A DNA stretch of 64,000 nt, taken from the IMG/VR virus record IMGVR_UViG_3300016486_001578; one strand, 5' to 3'. The notes beneath the pieces were generated by a model. It was not told where the DNA came from. It worked only from the letters and a program-made list of their open reading frames with translations, and ran no database searches. Below are positions 10,296-18,415 of the stretch, one piece after another. Each line of letters opens with the position of its first letter. Within the stretch, counting starts at the first letter, position 1. Made by a program: the position numbers and the translations under genes. This DNA is from a virus (Duplodnaviria; Caudoviricetes).

Positions 10296-11046
10296 ATGAA
10301 AAGAATTAGACCAATTAATAAATTTATATTAATATTTATATTAATAACATCACTAATTCTATGTATATCATTTTCGTTTACTAGGTCATATAGAAGTATT
10401 GAGAAAATAAGTAGCGACATATCAATCTATAATGATACTATATTGAAGATTAAAGATGATTTTAATAAATATTTACTATATGATAGTAATATAGAATATG
10501 ATAAGAAGAAACACTTGGAGAATACCAAAAAATAACTAGATATATTAAATTATCAAACTAATATCAGAGAAAGAAGAATTAATAAATACATTTAATATTA
10601 AAAATAATAACATTAAAATAACTAATAAAAGTATTAATTATACTGATACTAAAGGATTCATTTTTAAAAGAAGTATTAATAAGAAAATTTATTACAAAAA
10701 AATAGAAGATGTTGATTTAATAAATTTCAAAAAAATAGAATTATATAATAATAAAGAGATTAAAAACTCCATTGAAGAAAATGATAGAATTAATAGAGAA
10801 ATCTCTTATAAAATAGAGAATATAGTTAAAGAGGTAGAAGAAAACCAAAAGATAAGTATTAAAAATAACCTTTCAGAAAGAAAAAATATATTTTATATAC
10901 TATCTATATTATCATTAACTTTCATAACTTTATCAATATATTTAACAATTGGACTTATTAATGATATATCTCTTATGATAAAGAGAAATGAAGTGAATAA
11001 AGTTACATTATCATTTTTAGTTGAATTTATTAAAAGTAAAAATTAA
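10296..11046 (+). CDS. Two-TM membrane protein, frameshifted
   Basis: N-terminal TM in ORF 10296-10535; a downstream frame continues to a second TM (FYILSILSLTFITLSIYLTIGLI) and stops at 11046. Confidence 0.4.
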
Positions 11047-11047
11047 T

Positions 11048-11341
11048 ATGGAATATAAAATATTAAATCAATCACTTTATATTTGTGATAGAATGGGTAA
11101 CCTTGGTAGAAGAATATCAGAGAATGTTGTATATGGTACATTCGATGATAAAACCTCTACATTTTTAGTTACTAAAATGGATGGTAAAGTGGAACTAAGA
11201 GATACTAATGGTAATCTTAGAAGAGTTGTATCAAGTGATACAATAGAAGCTAGATATTCAGGTATTGAAATTATTATTAGAAAGAAAGATGGTAGAACTT
11301 GTATAATAGATCAAATGGGAAATGTTAAGAGGTATATATGA
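11048..11341 (+). CDS. Small beta-repeat protein
   Basis: Three similar units (DRMGNLGR, DTNGNLRR, DQMGNVKR). Confidence 0.55.
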   Translation: MEYKILNQSLYICDRMGNLGRRISENVVYGTFDDKTSTFLVTKMDGKVELRDTNGNLRRVVSSDTIEARYSGIEIIIRKKDGRTCIIDQMGNVKRYI

Positions 11342-11510
11342 TATTAAAATATAAAAAATTCACAGAATCAGATAAATCAACTATAAAAGAAGACTTAATC
11401 GATAAATTGATATACTATTCTGAATATATGATAGATTATATGAGAGAATATAACAACTCTGGTGTTGGTCGGTATAAAATTATATTTACCATTTAAGAGA
11501 TAAAAATAAG

Positions 11511-12023
11511 ATGAGTATGAGAATTAGAAAGTTTAATGAAAATAATGATATGAATAGATCATTAAAAGATTATATAAGAGGTAAAATAGAATATACTAAG
11601 ATAATTAATCTTATGTATAAAAATATGGATATCTTTGATATATTAGGAGATTATATCTATAATGATATATTTTGTGGTAAGATACCAAAGAGTCTAGACT
11701 ACATAACCAAAAAGGATAAATTAGCAATTTTACTTATAAGTGAATCAGATTTAATTGTAGATAGATTAAAGGAGCTTTATGGTGAGCCAATCTATCATAA
11801 TGAATTTGGTGAAGGATTTGAGGGTAATTATAATCAAGAAACTGATGAGTATATCGAACCCGAAAATAAGAGTGGATTCGCATCATATTTTATAAATATT
11901 GAAGGTGTTGAATTACATGTTGGTTATGATCATAGGGGACTTTCCTTAGAGGTAGAAAAAAATATTGAAATAGAAAAAATATACAAGTCTCTGAAAATAT
12001 ATTTACTATATTTGTATTTATGA
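11511..12023 (+). CDS. Hypothetical protein with MRIRKFNE N-terminus
   Basis: ORF track; shared N-terminal motif. Confidence 0.55.
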   Translation: MSMRIRKFNENNDMNRSLKDYIRGKIEYTKIINLMYKNMDIFDILGDYIYNDIFCGKIPKSLDYITKKDKLAILLISESDLIVDRLKELYGEPIYHNEFGEGFEGNYNQETDEYIEPENKSGFASYFINIEGVELHVGYDHRGLSLEVEKNIEIEKIYKSLKIYLLYLYL

Positions 12024-12766
12024 AAATATATATACTCGCAGATAAAAATAATATACCATATACCGTAAATGCTTATTTAGCATATAATGGCTTTGAACAA
12101 TTGGGATATGAAGTTATCTTAATAAAGACAATCGATGATATTAAAGATAATAATCCAGAAAATATTGTATTTGCTGGTATAGGTAATGTTAAAAACTATA
12201 TTAATAATGTTTTAAAATTAGATATTGATATTGAGAATTTTGACTACCCAAGTGAACTAAGTGAATATTTAGGTCGTAATTTACATAAAGATAAGTTTAA
12301 TAAGTTTATTAGTGAATTTACTGGTGATAAACCTTTATTTATAAAACCAGTAAATGAACAAAAGCTATTCACAGGAGTTTTAATCAATGAGTATAAAGAC
12401 ATACCACCATTAAAAGAAGATATTGATATATGGGTATCAGAGCCTATTAAATTTATAACAGAATATAGATGCTTTATCTATCATAATAAAATAATAGGAT
12501 GTAAGAATTATAAAGGAAATCCCTTTAGAAGTATTGATGAAAATGTAGTCTTAGGAGCAGTTAAAGATTTTACCAAATCACCTATTTCATATTCAATCGA
12601 CTTTGGTCTAACTGATGATGGTAGAACTCTATTAGTAGAAGCTAATGACTCACATTCCTTAGGTGCTTATGGCTTGAACCCACACCTATATGCTAGAATA
12701 ATAGCAGCAAGATGGGCAGAGTTAACAAATACAAATGACTACTCCTATTATGAATTTAATATATAA
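12020..12766 (+). CDS. ATP-grasp protein (DUF4343 / R2K clade)
   Basis: DYPSELSEYLGR, FIKP, KLFTG, EYRCFI and IDFG...LVEAND motifs. Confidence 0.8.
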   Translation: MKIYILADKNNIPYTVNAYLAYNGFEQLGYEVILIKTIDDIKDNNPENIVFAGIGNVKNYINNVLKLDIDIENFDYPSELSEYLGRNLHKDKFNKFISEFTGDKPLFIKPVNEQKLFTGVLINEYKDIPPLKEDIDIWVSEPIKFITEYRCFIYHNKIIGCKNYKGNPFRSIDENVVLGAVKDFTKSPISYSIDFGLTDDGRTLLVEANDSHSLGAYGLNPHLYARIIAARWAELTNTNDYSYYEFNI

Positions 12767-12769
12767 ATA

Positions 12770-13015
12770 ATGTTTAAAATTAGAATTATAGCACAAAAAG
12801 TTTTATGCTTACTAGGTATACTAACTTCTATATTATTTATACCATATGAGTATATTATTAATAATATAGAAATTTCACCAGGTGGAACTATCGGGATGTT
12901 AGTTATATCTTTTTGTATTTTTATATTATGTATGGATGGTTTGATTGAGACAAATAATAAAGAAACAAAATATAACATATTCACAATTAATAATGATTGG
13001 AAATATAAAAGATAA
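12770..13015 (+). CDS. Small two-TM membrane protein
   Basis: Two hydrophobic segments. Confidence 0.5.
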   Translation: MFKIRIIAQKVLCLLGILTSILFIPYEYIINNIEISPGGTIGMLVISFCIFILCMDGLIETNNKETKYNIFTINNDWKYKR

Positions 13016-13018
13016 AAT

Positions 13019-13285
13019 ATGATTAAGAAGTTTGAAAATTTTGGAGAATCTAAGCTAAGTAAAGTGTGGTATTTAGAATTATATGATTTACAATATTCTC
13101 TAGTAGAGAATGATCCACTATTTATAGAGATAGAAGAATGGGTAAGTGATAATGATCATAATAATGGTTATGCATACTCTTGGAAAGTAGGAGAAGATGA
13201 TACTGCATATCCACTACTAGATAAGTATTTCATAAATAATGGGCTTATAAAAGATGATATAGTCATAGTGCATTGTCTTTGGTAA
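13019..13285 (+). CDS. Hypothetical protein with MIKKFENF N-terminus
   Basis: ORF track. Confidence 0.55.
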   Translation: MIKKFENFGESKLSKVWYLELYDLQYSLVENDPLFIEIEEWVSDNDHNNGYAYSWKVGEDDTAYPLLDKYFINNGLIKDDIVIVHCLW

Positions 13286-13510
13286 GATAAAGAATTTAAT
13301 TATTAGTATAAACGAATTTAAAACAAAAACTATGGGATATTTTATTATAACACTAATCTTTTTATTTATATGTGTGTTATTTTACAAACTTACGAATGTG
13401 AATTGGTATCATCAATTTTTAACACAAGATTTTAAAGATAAAGATTGGTTCACGAAACTTGTTAAATGGTTGGTGAATTGATTTTTTATTAAAATAAAAT
13501 AGAAAATAAA

Positions 13511-13542
13511 TTTGCAGGTATAAAAACTTTGTTATATATTTG
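13511..13542 (+). promoter_or_regulatory. Bacteroidetes sigma70-type promoter for the leader/tRNA operon
   Basis: Exact consensus: TTTG (13511-14), 20 nt, TATATTTG (13535-42). Confidence 0.7.
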
Positions 13543-13596
13543 TAGTATAATTAAAGAAAAACAAAAAGGAACAATAATAAATTAATATATAAAATT

Positions 13597-13695
13597 ATGA
13601 ACACAACAACTTTAAATACAAACTTATCACTGAGATCTCTTTTATTAAGAGAAGGGTCGGGATTTGTCTTATTTGAACGTTGTGATAGTAAATAA
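13597..13695 (+). CDS. Leu/Arg-rich attenuator leader peptide (MNTTTLNTNLSLRSLLLREGSGFVLFERCDSK)
   Basis: 7 of 9 codons at 13624-13650 are Leu or Arg; contains GTCGGGATTTGT, complementary to the 5' arm of the downstream terminator. Confidence 0.75.
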   Translation: MNTTTLNTNLSLRSLLLREGSGFVLFERCDSK

Positions 13696-13719
13696 TTACT
13701 ATAATAATATATCTAATAC

Positions 13720-13753
13720 AAACCCGATACTCATAAAAGTATCGGGTTTTTTT
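13720..13753 (+). terminator. Attenuator terminator immediately before the tRNA array
   Basis: 12-bp stem AAACCCGATACT/AGTATCGGGTTT followed by a U-tract, ending just before the first tRNA at 13756. Confidence 0.85.
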
Positions 13754-13755
13754 AT

Positions 13756-13839
13756 GCACTTGTGGTGGAATTGGTAGACACCCTGGTCTTAGAAGCCAGT
13801 GCTCGGAAGAGCGTGAGAGTTCGATTCTCTCCAAGTGTA
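13756..13839 (+). tRNA. tRNA-Leu(UAG), long variable arm
   Basis: Cloverleaf GCACTTG/CAAGTGT; anticodon loop CTTAGAA; GTTCGA T-loop; A73; CCA not encoded. Confidence 0.92.
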
Positions 13840-13846
13840 CTATAAT

Positions 13847-13933
13847 GCGGCTATGATGAAATTGGTAGCACATGCTAGACTTAAAATCTAGTGGATAGTA
13901 ATGTCCGTGCGGGTTCGACTCCCGCTAGCCGTA
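13847..13933 (+). tRNA. tRNA-Leu(UAA), long variable arm
   Basis: GCGGCTA/TAGCCGT acceptor; CTAGA-CTTAAAA-TCTAG anticodon arm; GGTTCGACTCC. Confidence 0.92.
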
Positions 13934-13940
13934 CAAAAAT

Positions 13941-14013
13941 GGCCCTATGGTGTAACTGAATAACACACACGCCTTCTAAGCGTATATTCCAAGTTTGAAT
14001 CTTGGTAGGGTCA
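13941..14013 (+). tRNA. tRNA-Arg(UCU)
   Basis: GGCCCTA/TAGGGTC acceptor; anticodon loop CTTCTAA. Confidence 0.85.
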
Positions 14014-14026
14014 CAAAAAATTAAAT

Positions 14027-14101
14027 GCTCTGGTAGCCCAATTGGAAGAGGCAATAGTTTTAGAAACTATACAGGTGTGGGTTCAAATCCCACTCGGAGT
14101 A
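14027..14101 (+). tRNA. tRNA with UAG (Leu) anticodon and short variable loop
   Basis: GCTCTGG/TCGGAGT acceptor; ATAGT-TTTAGAA-ACTAT; only about 6 nt before the T-arm GTGGG-TTCAAAT-CCCAC; A73. Confidence 0.85.
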
Positions 14102-14105
14102 CAAT

Positions 14106-14186
14106 GTCTCAGTAGTCCCAGTTGTCTTCTAAACAACTACGGGTAATTGGATGCTGAAAATATAGGTTCGAATCCTATCTGAGACA
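14106..14186 (+). tRNA. Atypical tRNA-Arg(UCU)-like RNA lacking a canonical D-arm
   Basis: Perfect acceptor GTCTCAG/CTGAGAC, 6-bp anticodon stem with CTTCTAA loop, about 23-nt variable region, canonical T-arm. Confidence 0.7.
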
Positions 14187-14191
14187 CAAAT

Positions 14192-14242
14192 ATCTTGGTG
14201 GTGAAACCGTGTACGCTGCGGGTTCGACTCCCGTCCAAGATA
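14192..14242 (+). ncRNA. Anticodon-less tRNA-like mini-RNA (acceptor stem plus T-arm)
   Basis: ATCTTGG/CCAAGAT stem and GCGGG-TTCGACT-CCCGT T-arm separated by about 19 nt. Confidence 0.6.
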
Positions 14243-14257
14243 CAAAATGAAAGTAAA

Positions 14258-14431
14258 ATGATAATAGAGATAGATAATAAGACATATTTGGTAGAACCTT
14301 GTAAGCATTGTAAAAGAGATGATATCATTTATATAGAGAGTGATTTACCATGGAGTGATAGTAAATTTATATGTGATTTCTGTTGCTCTACCTATTCAAT
14401 ATTTGATACTAATATAGCAAATAAGATATAA
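14258..14431 (+). CDS. Small zinc-ribbon protein inside the tRNA array
   Basis: CKHC...CDFC; ATG at 14258 is in frame with track ORF 14195-14431. Confidence 0.55.
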   Translation: MIIEIDNKTYLVEPCKHCKRDDIIYIESDLPWSDSKFICDFCCSTYSIFDTNIANKI

Positions 14432-14450
14432 ATTTGAATAAGAAAAATAA

Positions 14451-14524
14451 GGCTTTGTATCATAATCGCATAATGAAATAGTTTCCTAAACTATCCTATG
14501 TGGGTTGGAATCCCTCCGAAGTCA
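14451..14524 (+). tRNA. tRNA-Arg(CCU)
   Basis: GGCTTTG/CGAAGTC acceptor; ATAGT-TTCCTAA-ACTAT; atypical TTGGAAT T-loop. Confidence 0.8.
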
Positions 14525-14542
14525 CAAATAAAAAAATAAAAT

Positions 14543-14584
14543 ATGAAAACTAAAAATACATTACTACTACTACTCAAAGAATGA
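14543..14584 (+). CDS. Leucine attenuator leader peptide (MKTKNTLLLLLKE)
   Basis: Five tandem Leu codons TTA CTA CTA CTA CTC directly upstream of a terminator and leuS. Confidence 0.85.
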   Translation: MKTKNTLLLLLKE

Positions 14585-14615
14585 TTCTTCTTTAGTATAG
14601 TAATACCTTATACTC

Positions 14616-14647
14616 AAGTCTTATCATTAATTTGATAAGACTTTTTT
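14616..14647 (+). terminator. Attenuator terminator upstream of leuS
   Basis: 11-bp stem AAGTCTTATCA/TGATAAGACTT plus U-tract. Confidence 0.85.
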
Positions 14648-14673
14648 GTTAAAAAAAATTAAAAATATAAATC

Positions 14674-16299
14674 ATGAATATAAAAGAAATAGAAAAAAAG
14701 TGGCAAAATAAATGGATAGAAGATAATTCATTTAAATTTGATGTAAACTCTAATAAAGAGAAGAAGATTATCATACCTATGTTTCCTTACCCCTCTGGTA
14801 ATATACATATGGGTCATATGAGAAATTATACAATATCGGATGTGATTGCTAGATATTGGCGAAATAAAGGATTTAACGTTTGTCATCCAATGGGTTGGGA
14901 CTCATATGGTTCACCAGCAGAAAGTGCTGCTATAAATAATAATGTACATCCAAAAGAATGGACTGATATCAATATTAAGAATATGAAAGAGCAAATGATT
15001 AGAATGGGTATGTCATTTGATTGGAGTAGAGAAATATCAACATGCGAGGTAGACTATTGGAAAAATGAACAGAAGTTCTTTATTGATATGTGGAAAAAAG
15101 GATATATTGATAAGAAGATTGGTTATGTAAACTGGGATCCAATAGATGAGAGTGTGGTTTCAAATGAACAAGTTATAGATGGTAAAGGGTGGAGAACAGG
15201 TGCTATAATAGAACAAAAAGAAATGATACAATATTACTTTAAAACAACTATGTTTAAAGATGATATGATGAATGTATCCTCTTGTGAAGAATGGCCTGAT
15301 AATATTACTAAGCAACAAGTAAACTTCATGAGTAAGGGTATAAGAAATGGTGATGATATAAACCCATTCTCAGATTGGTGTGTATCAAGACAGAAATATT
15401 GGGGAACACCAATACCTATGATCAATTGTGACAAATGTGGAACTATTCCAAATGAGAATATCCCAGTAGTAGCACCAATTGATGTTGACTTTAATGGAAA
15501 GGGTAATCCTATAAGAAATCATGCAACATGGGCGAATATAAAATGCCCAAATTGTGGTGGTGATGCTGAGAAAGAAACAGATACAATGGATACATTTGTT
15601 CAATCATCTTGGTACTTTATAAGATATATCTCAGATTTTTTTAATGGTGAGTTCGATCATGATGTTATTAAAAAAATGTTCCCAATTGATTACTATATTG
15701 GTGGCTCAGAACATGCTAATAGTCATATGATTTATTCTAGATTTTTTTGGAGAGTTTTTAAAGAAATGAATTATATACCTAAAAATACCTCAATAGAACC
15801 ATTTAAAAAAGTAATAACACAAGGTATGGTGAAAAATGGTGGGAAAAAGATGAGTAAATCAGCAGGTAATGGTATATCACCAATTGATGTAGTTGATAAA
15901 TATGGTTGTGATGTTGTAAGAATGTATATGATGTTCAGTGGACCAGTTGAACAAGATATTGATTGGAATGAAGATGGTATAAAAGGTGTGTCTAGATTTA
16001 TAACTAAAATTATAAATGCTATAACTAAAATAAAAGATAAAGATTTCATATATATTAAAAATGTAAAAAATGAACAAATATCTAAAACTAAAATAGAAGA
16101 ATTGAATAAAAGAATTGAAAATGTATATGAAGATAATATGAAATTTAATACAATAATAGCATTTTCAATGGAAACATATAATGCAATATCAAAAACAACT
16201 GATATAAATATATGGAAAGAGGGAATAGATACCATAATGCGTGGTATAGGTCCAATAATTCCACATATTTATAGTGAAAATTATGAAAATTATGAATAG
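14674..16299 (+). CDS. leuS: Minimal leucyl-tRNA synthetase (no CP1 editing domain, no C-terminal domain)
   Basis: MFPYPSG, HMGH (HIGH), DWCVSRQKYWGTPIP, TDTMDTFVQSSWY, YIGGSEHA and KMSKS; only 541 aa. Confidence 0.92.
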   Translation: MNIKEIEKKWQNKWIEDNSFKFDVNSNKEKKIIIPMFPYPSGNIHMGHMRNYTISDVIARYWRNKGFNVCHPMGWDSYGSPAESAAINNNVHPKEWTDINIKNMKEQMIRMGMSFDWSREISTCEVDYWKNEQKFFIDMWKKGYIDKKIGYVNWDPIDESVVSNEQVIDGKGWRTGAIIEQKEMIQYYFKTTMFKDDMMNVSSCEEWPDNITKQQVNFMSKGIRNGDDINPFSDWCVSRQKYWGTPIPMINCDKCGTIPNENIPVVAPIDVDFNGKGNPIRNHATWANIKCPNCGGDAEKETDTMDTFVQSSWYFIRYISDFFNGEFDHDVIKKMFPIDYYIGGSEHANSHMIYSRFFWRVFKEMNYIPKNTSIEPFKKVITQGMVKNGGKKMSKSAGNGISPIDVVDKYGCDVVRMYMMFSGPVEQDIDWNEDGIKGVSRFITKIINAITKIKDKDFIYIKNVKNEQISKTKIEELNKRIENVYEDNMKFNTIIAFSMETYNAISKTTDINIWKEGIDTIMRGIGPIIPHIYSENYENYE

Positions 16300-16309
16300 A
16301 AAACTAAAA

Positions 16310-17359
16310 ATGAATAAAGTAGATAAAAAATATTTAAAACTTCTTAAAAAAATTTTAAAAAAAGGAATAGTTAAAAAAGATAGAACCAGAACTGGGACAA
16401 TATCCTTATTTGGTCATTCGATGCGTTTTAACATGAGTGATGGCTTTCCACTATTAACGTCTAAAAAAATGTTTACAAAAGCAATAATAATTGAATTAAT
16501 ATGGTTTATAAATGGAGATACTAATATTAAATATTTAGTTGACAATGGATGTAATATCTGGAATGGAGACGCTTATAAAAATTATTGTAATAAGTATTGG
16601 ACATTAGATGAATTATGTAAAATTGAATATGGTAGCTCATATTATGATCATGAGTTAAATGAATATAATTTTGAAGTTTGGACAATTGAAAAATTTATTG
16701 AGAAAATAAAAACAGATGATGTCTTCTGTAAAAAATGGGGTGAGTTGGGACCAGTATATGGGAGACAATGGCGTGATTTTAATGGCGTTGATCAATTTAA
16801 AGATTTGTTAGAAACTCTTAAAAAAAATCCGGACTCTAGAAGAATGATGGTTAGTGCATGGGATCCATCAAAACTTAATGAAATGGTTCTACCACCTTGC
16901 CACTTTAACTTCCAATGTTATACAACAGAAATGACTTACAATGAAAGAATTAAAAGGTGGTTAAAATCTATCAATAAAGATGAATCATATTCAAAAGAAA
17001 TGACAATGGAAAAATTAGATTTACAAGGATTTCCAAAAAGAAAATTGGATATAAAATGGAGTCAACGCAGTTGCGATTTTTTCCTAGGAATTCCGTTCAA
17101 TATAGCATCCTATGGTCTCCTACTACATTTATTAGCAAAAGAAGTTAATATGATTCCTAATGATTTAATATTTTCCGGTGGAGATTGTCACATCTACCTA
17201 AATCATATAGATGTTGTTAAAGAACAATTAAAAAGTGAAACATTTAAATTATGTAATTTGGAGTTATTGAATAACTCAATATTTAATTTAAAATATGAGG
17301 ATTTTAAGATTCTAAATTATAAATCTTCCCCTGTATTAAAAGGAAAATTATCAAATTAA
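16310..17359 (+). CDS. thyA: Thymidylate synthase (complete)
   Basis: PPCH, QRSCDFFLGIPFNIASY and DCHIY; likely start MNKVD at 16310. Confidence 0.95.
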   Translation: MNKVDKKYLKLLKKILKKGIVKKDRTRTGTISLFGHSMRFNMSDGFPLLTSKKMFTKAIIIELIWFINGDTNIKYLVDNGCNIWNGDAYKNYCNKYWTLDELCKIEYGSSYYDHELNEYNFEVWTIEKFIEKIKTDDVFCKKWGELGPVYGRQWRDFNGVDQFKDLLETLKKNPDSRRMMVSAWDPSKLNEMVLPPCHFNFQCYTTEMTYNERIKRWLKSINKDESYSKEMTMEKLDLQGFPKRKLDIKWSQRSCDFFLGIPFNIASYGLLLHLLAKEVNMIPNDLIFSGGDCHIYLNHIDVVKEQLKSETFKLCNLELLNNSIFNLKYEDFKILNYKSSPVLKGKLSN

Positions 17360-18160
17360 AATATAATTAATAAACCTAGGATTATCTGACAAACATCTCC
17401 ATCTAATTGTCACCACAGGTAATCCTATATCTTTTGATGCATCATGATAGGATTCATAAATTATTCCATCAACTGATAATTTAATTCTATTTATGGGCTT
17501 TTTACCAATTCTTTTTTGTCTAATTTTATCCTTGCTTTCCTCACTATGTTTTTTCCCATAAAAGTGATTTTTATCACCTATTCTTTCAGATGCACTTTTT
17601 GATAATTTATCACTTATAATATTTGCTCTTTCTAAACCATATAATTCAATATTAGTCTTTCCCTTATTAATTGGCTCTATTCCAATTCTTCTCAAAGATG
17701 CAATTTCTCTCATCTCATCATTCCACCTTTTACCATAATTTGGATTTGACTCACCAGATTTACCCCATTTTTCTACCCTTTCTTCCTTTGACATATTAGA
17801 TATTTTATTATTTAAAGTCTCTGTAATTCGTTTAATTATATCTTCTCTATTTGGATTATTAGTCAAATTATCACCACCTGATGCGTTTTTACCTATATTG
17901 AAACCATTATTATTAAATGGTTGAAACTCATCAATAAAATATTAATCTCTTATAAGTAGTTGATCTATTTCACATAATTCTAAAATTTCAAACTTAAAAT
18001 TGTTTATACCATATTTATCAAATGCTCTTTGTAAATGTATATTTATGTGTTTATTCCCATTTAGGTCATTTATATGCCTCCTCCATCTTTTTCTAATATT
18101 ATTTGATGAGCCTATGTAAAGTTTATCATTACAAGTTATTTTATATATTCCTATTTCCAT
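17351..18160 (-). pseudogene. GIY-YIG homing endonuclease with NUMOD3 motif, in-frame TAA at 17942-17944
   Basis: GIYKIT...LYIGSS. Track ORFs 17942-18160 and 17351-17866 are in one frame separated by GAT-TAA, where the paralog has Glu-Gln. Confidence 0.85.
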
Positions 18161-18184
18161 AACTTATATATTAATAGTTGGGTC

Positions 18185-18415
18185 TTATTAGCAAGGGAAG
18201 CTAACATGATACCAGATGAATTAATAGGAAATTTAGGAGATTGTCATATATATTTAAATCAAATAGATCCTATTCAAGAACAACTTAATAATAAATCATA
18301 TAAATTACCAGAATTAAAATTATCAAATAATTCAATCTTTGATATAAAAATAGAAGAAATTTCTATTATAGGTTATAAATCATCTAAAAGAGTTAATTAT
18401 AAATTATCAAATTAA
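18185..18415 (+). pseudogene. thyA: Orphan 3' fragment of thymidylate synthase
   Basis: LLAREANMIPDELIGNLGDCHIYLNQ...KLSN aligns with the last about 76 aa of the full ThyA. Confidence 0.85.

Noticed and set aside
14106-14186. Reading the atypical tRNA as a CUA amber suppressor
   Set aside because: The 6-bp stem fixes the 7-nt loop as CTTCTAA, which places UCU at positions 34-36. The CUA register breaks the stem.
13595-14328. Minus-strand ORFs 13595-13873 and 14137-14328
   Set aside because: They are antisense to the leader, terminator and tRNA genes.
7218-18415. A split thyA made from the 7218 N-fragment and the 18185 C-fragment
   Set aside because: The essential QRSxD...NIASY segment is in neither piece, and no intein or intron motifs flank them.
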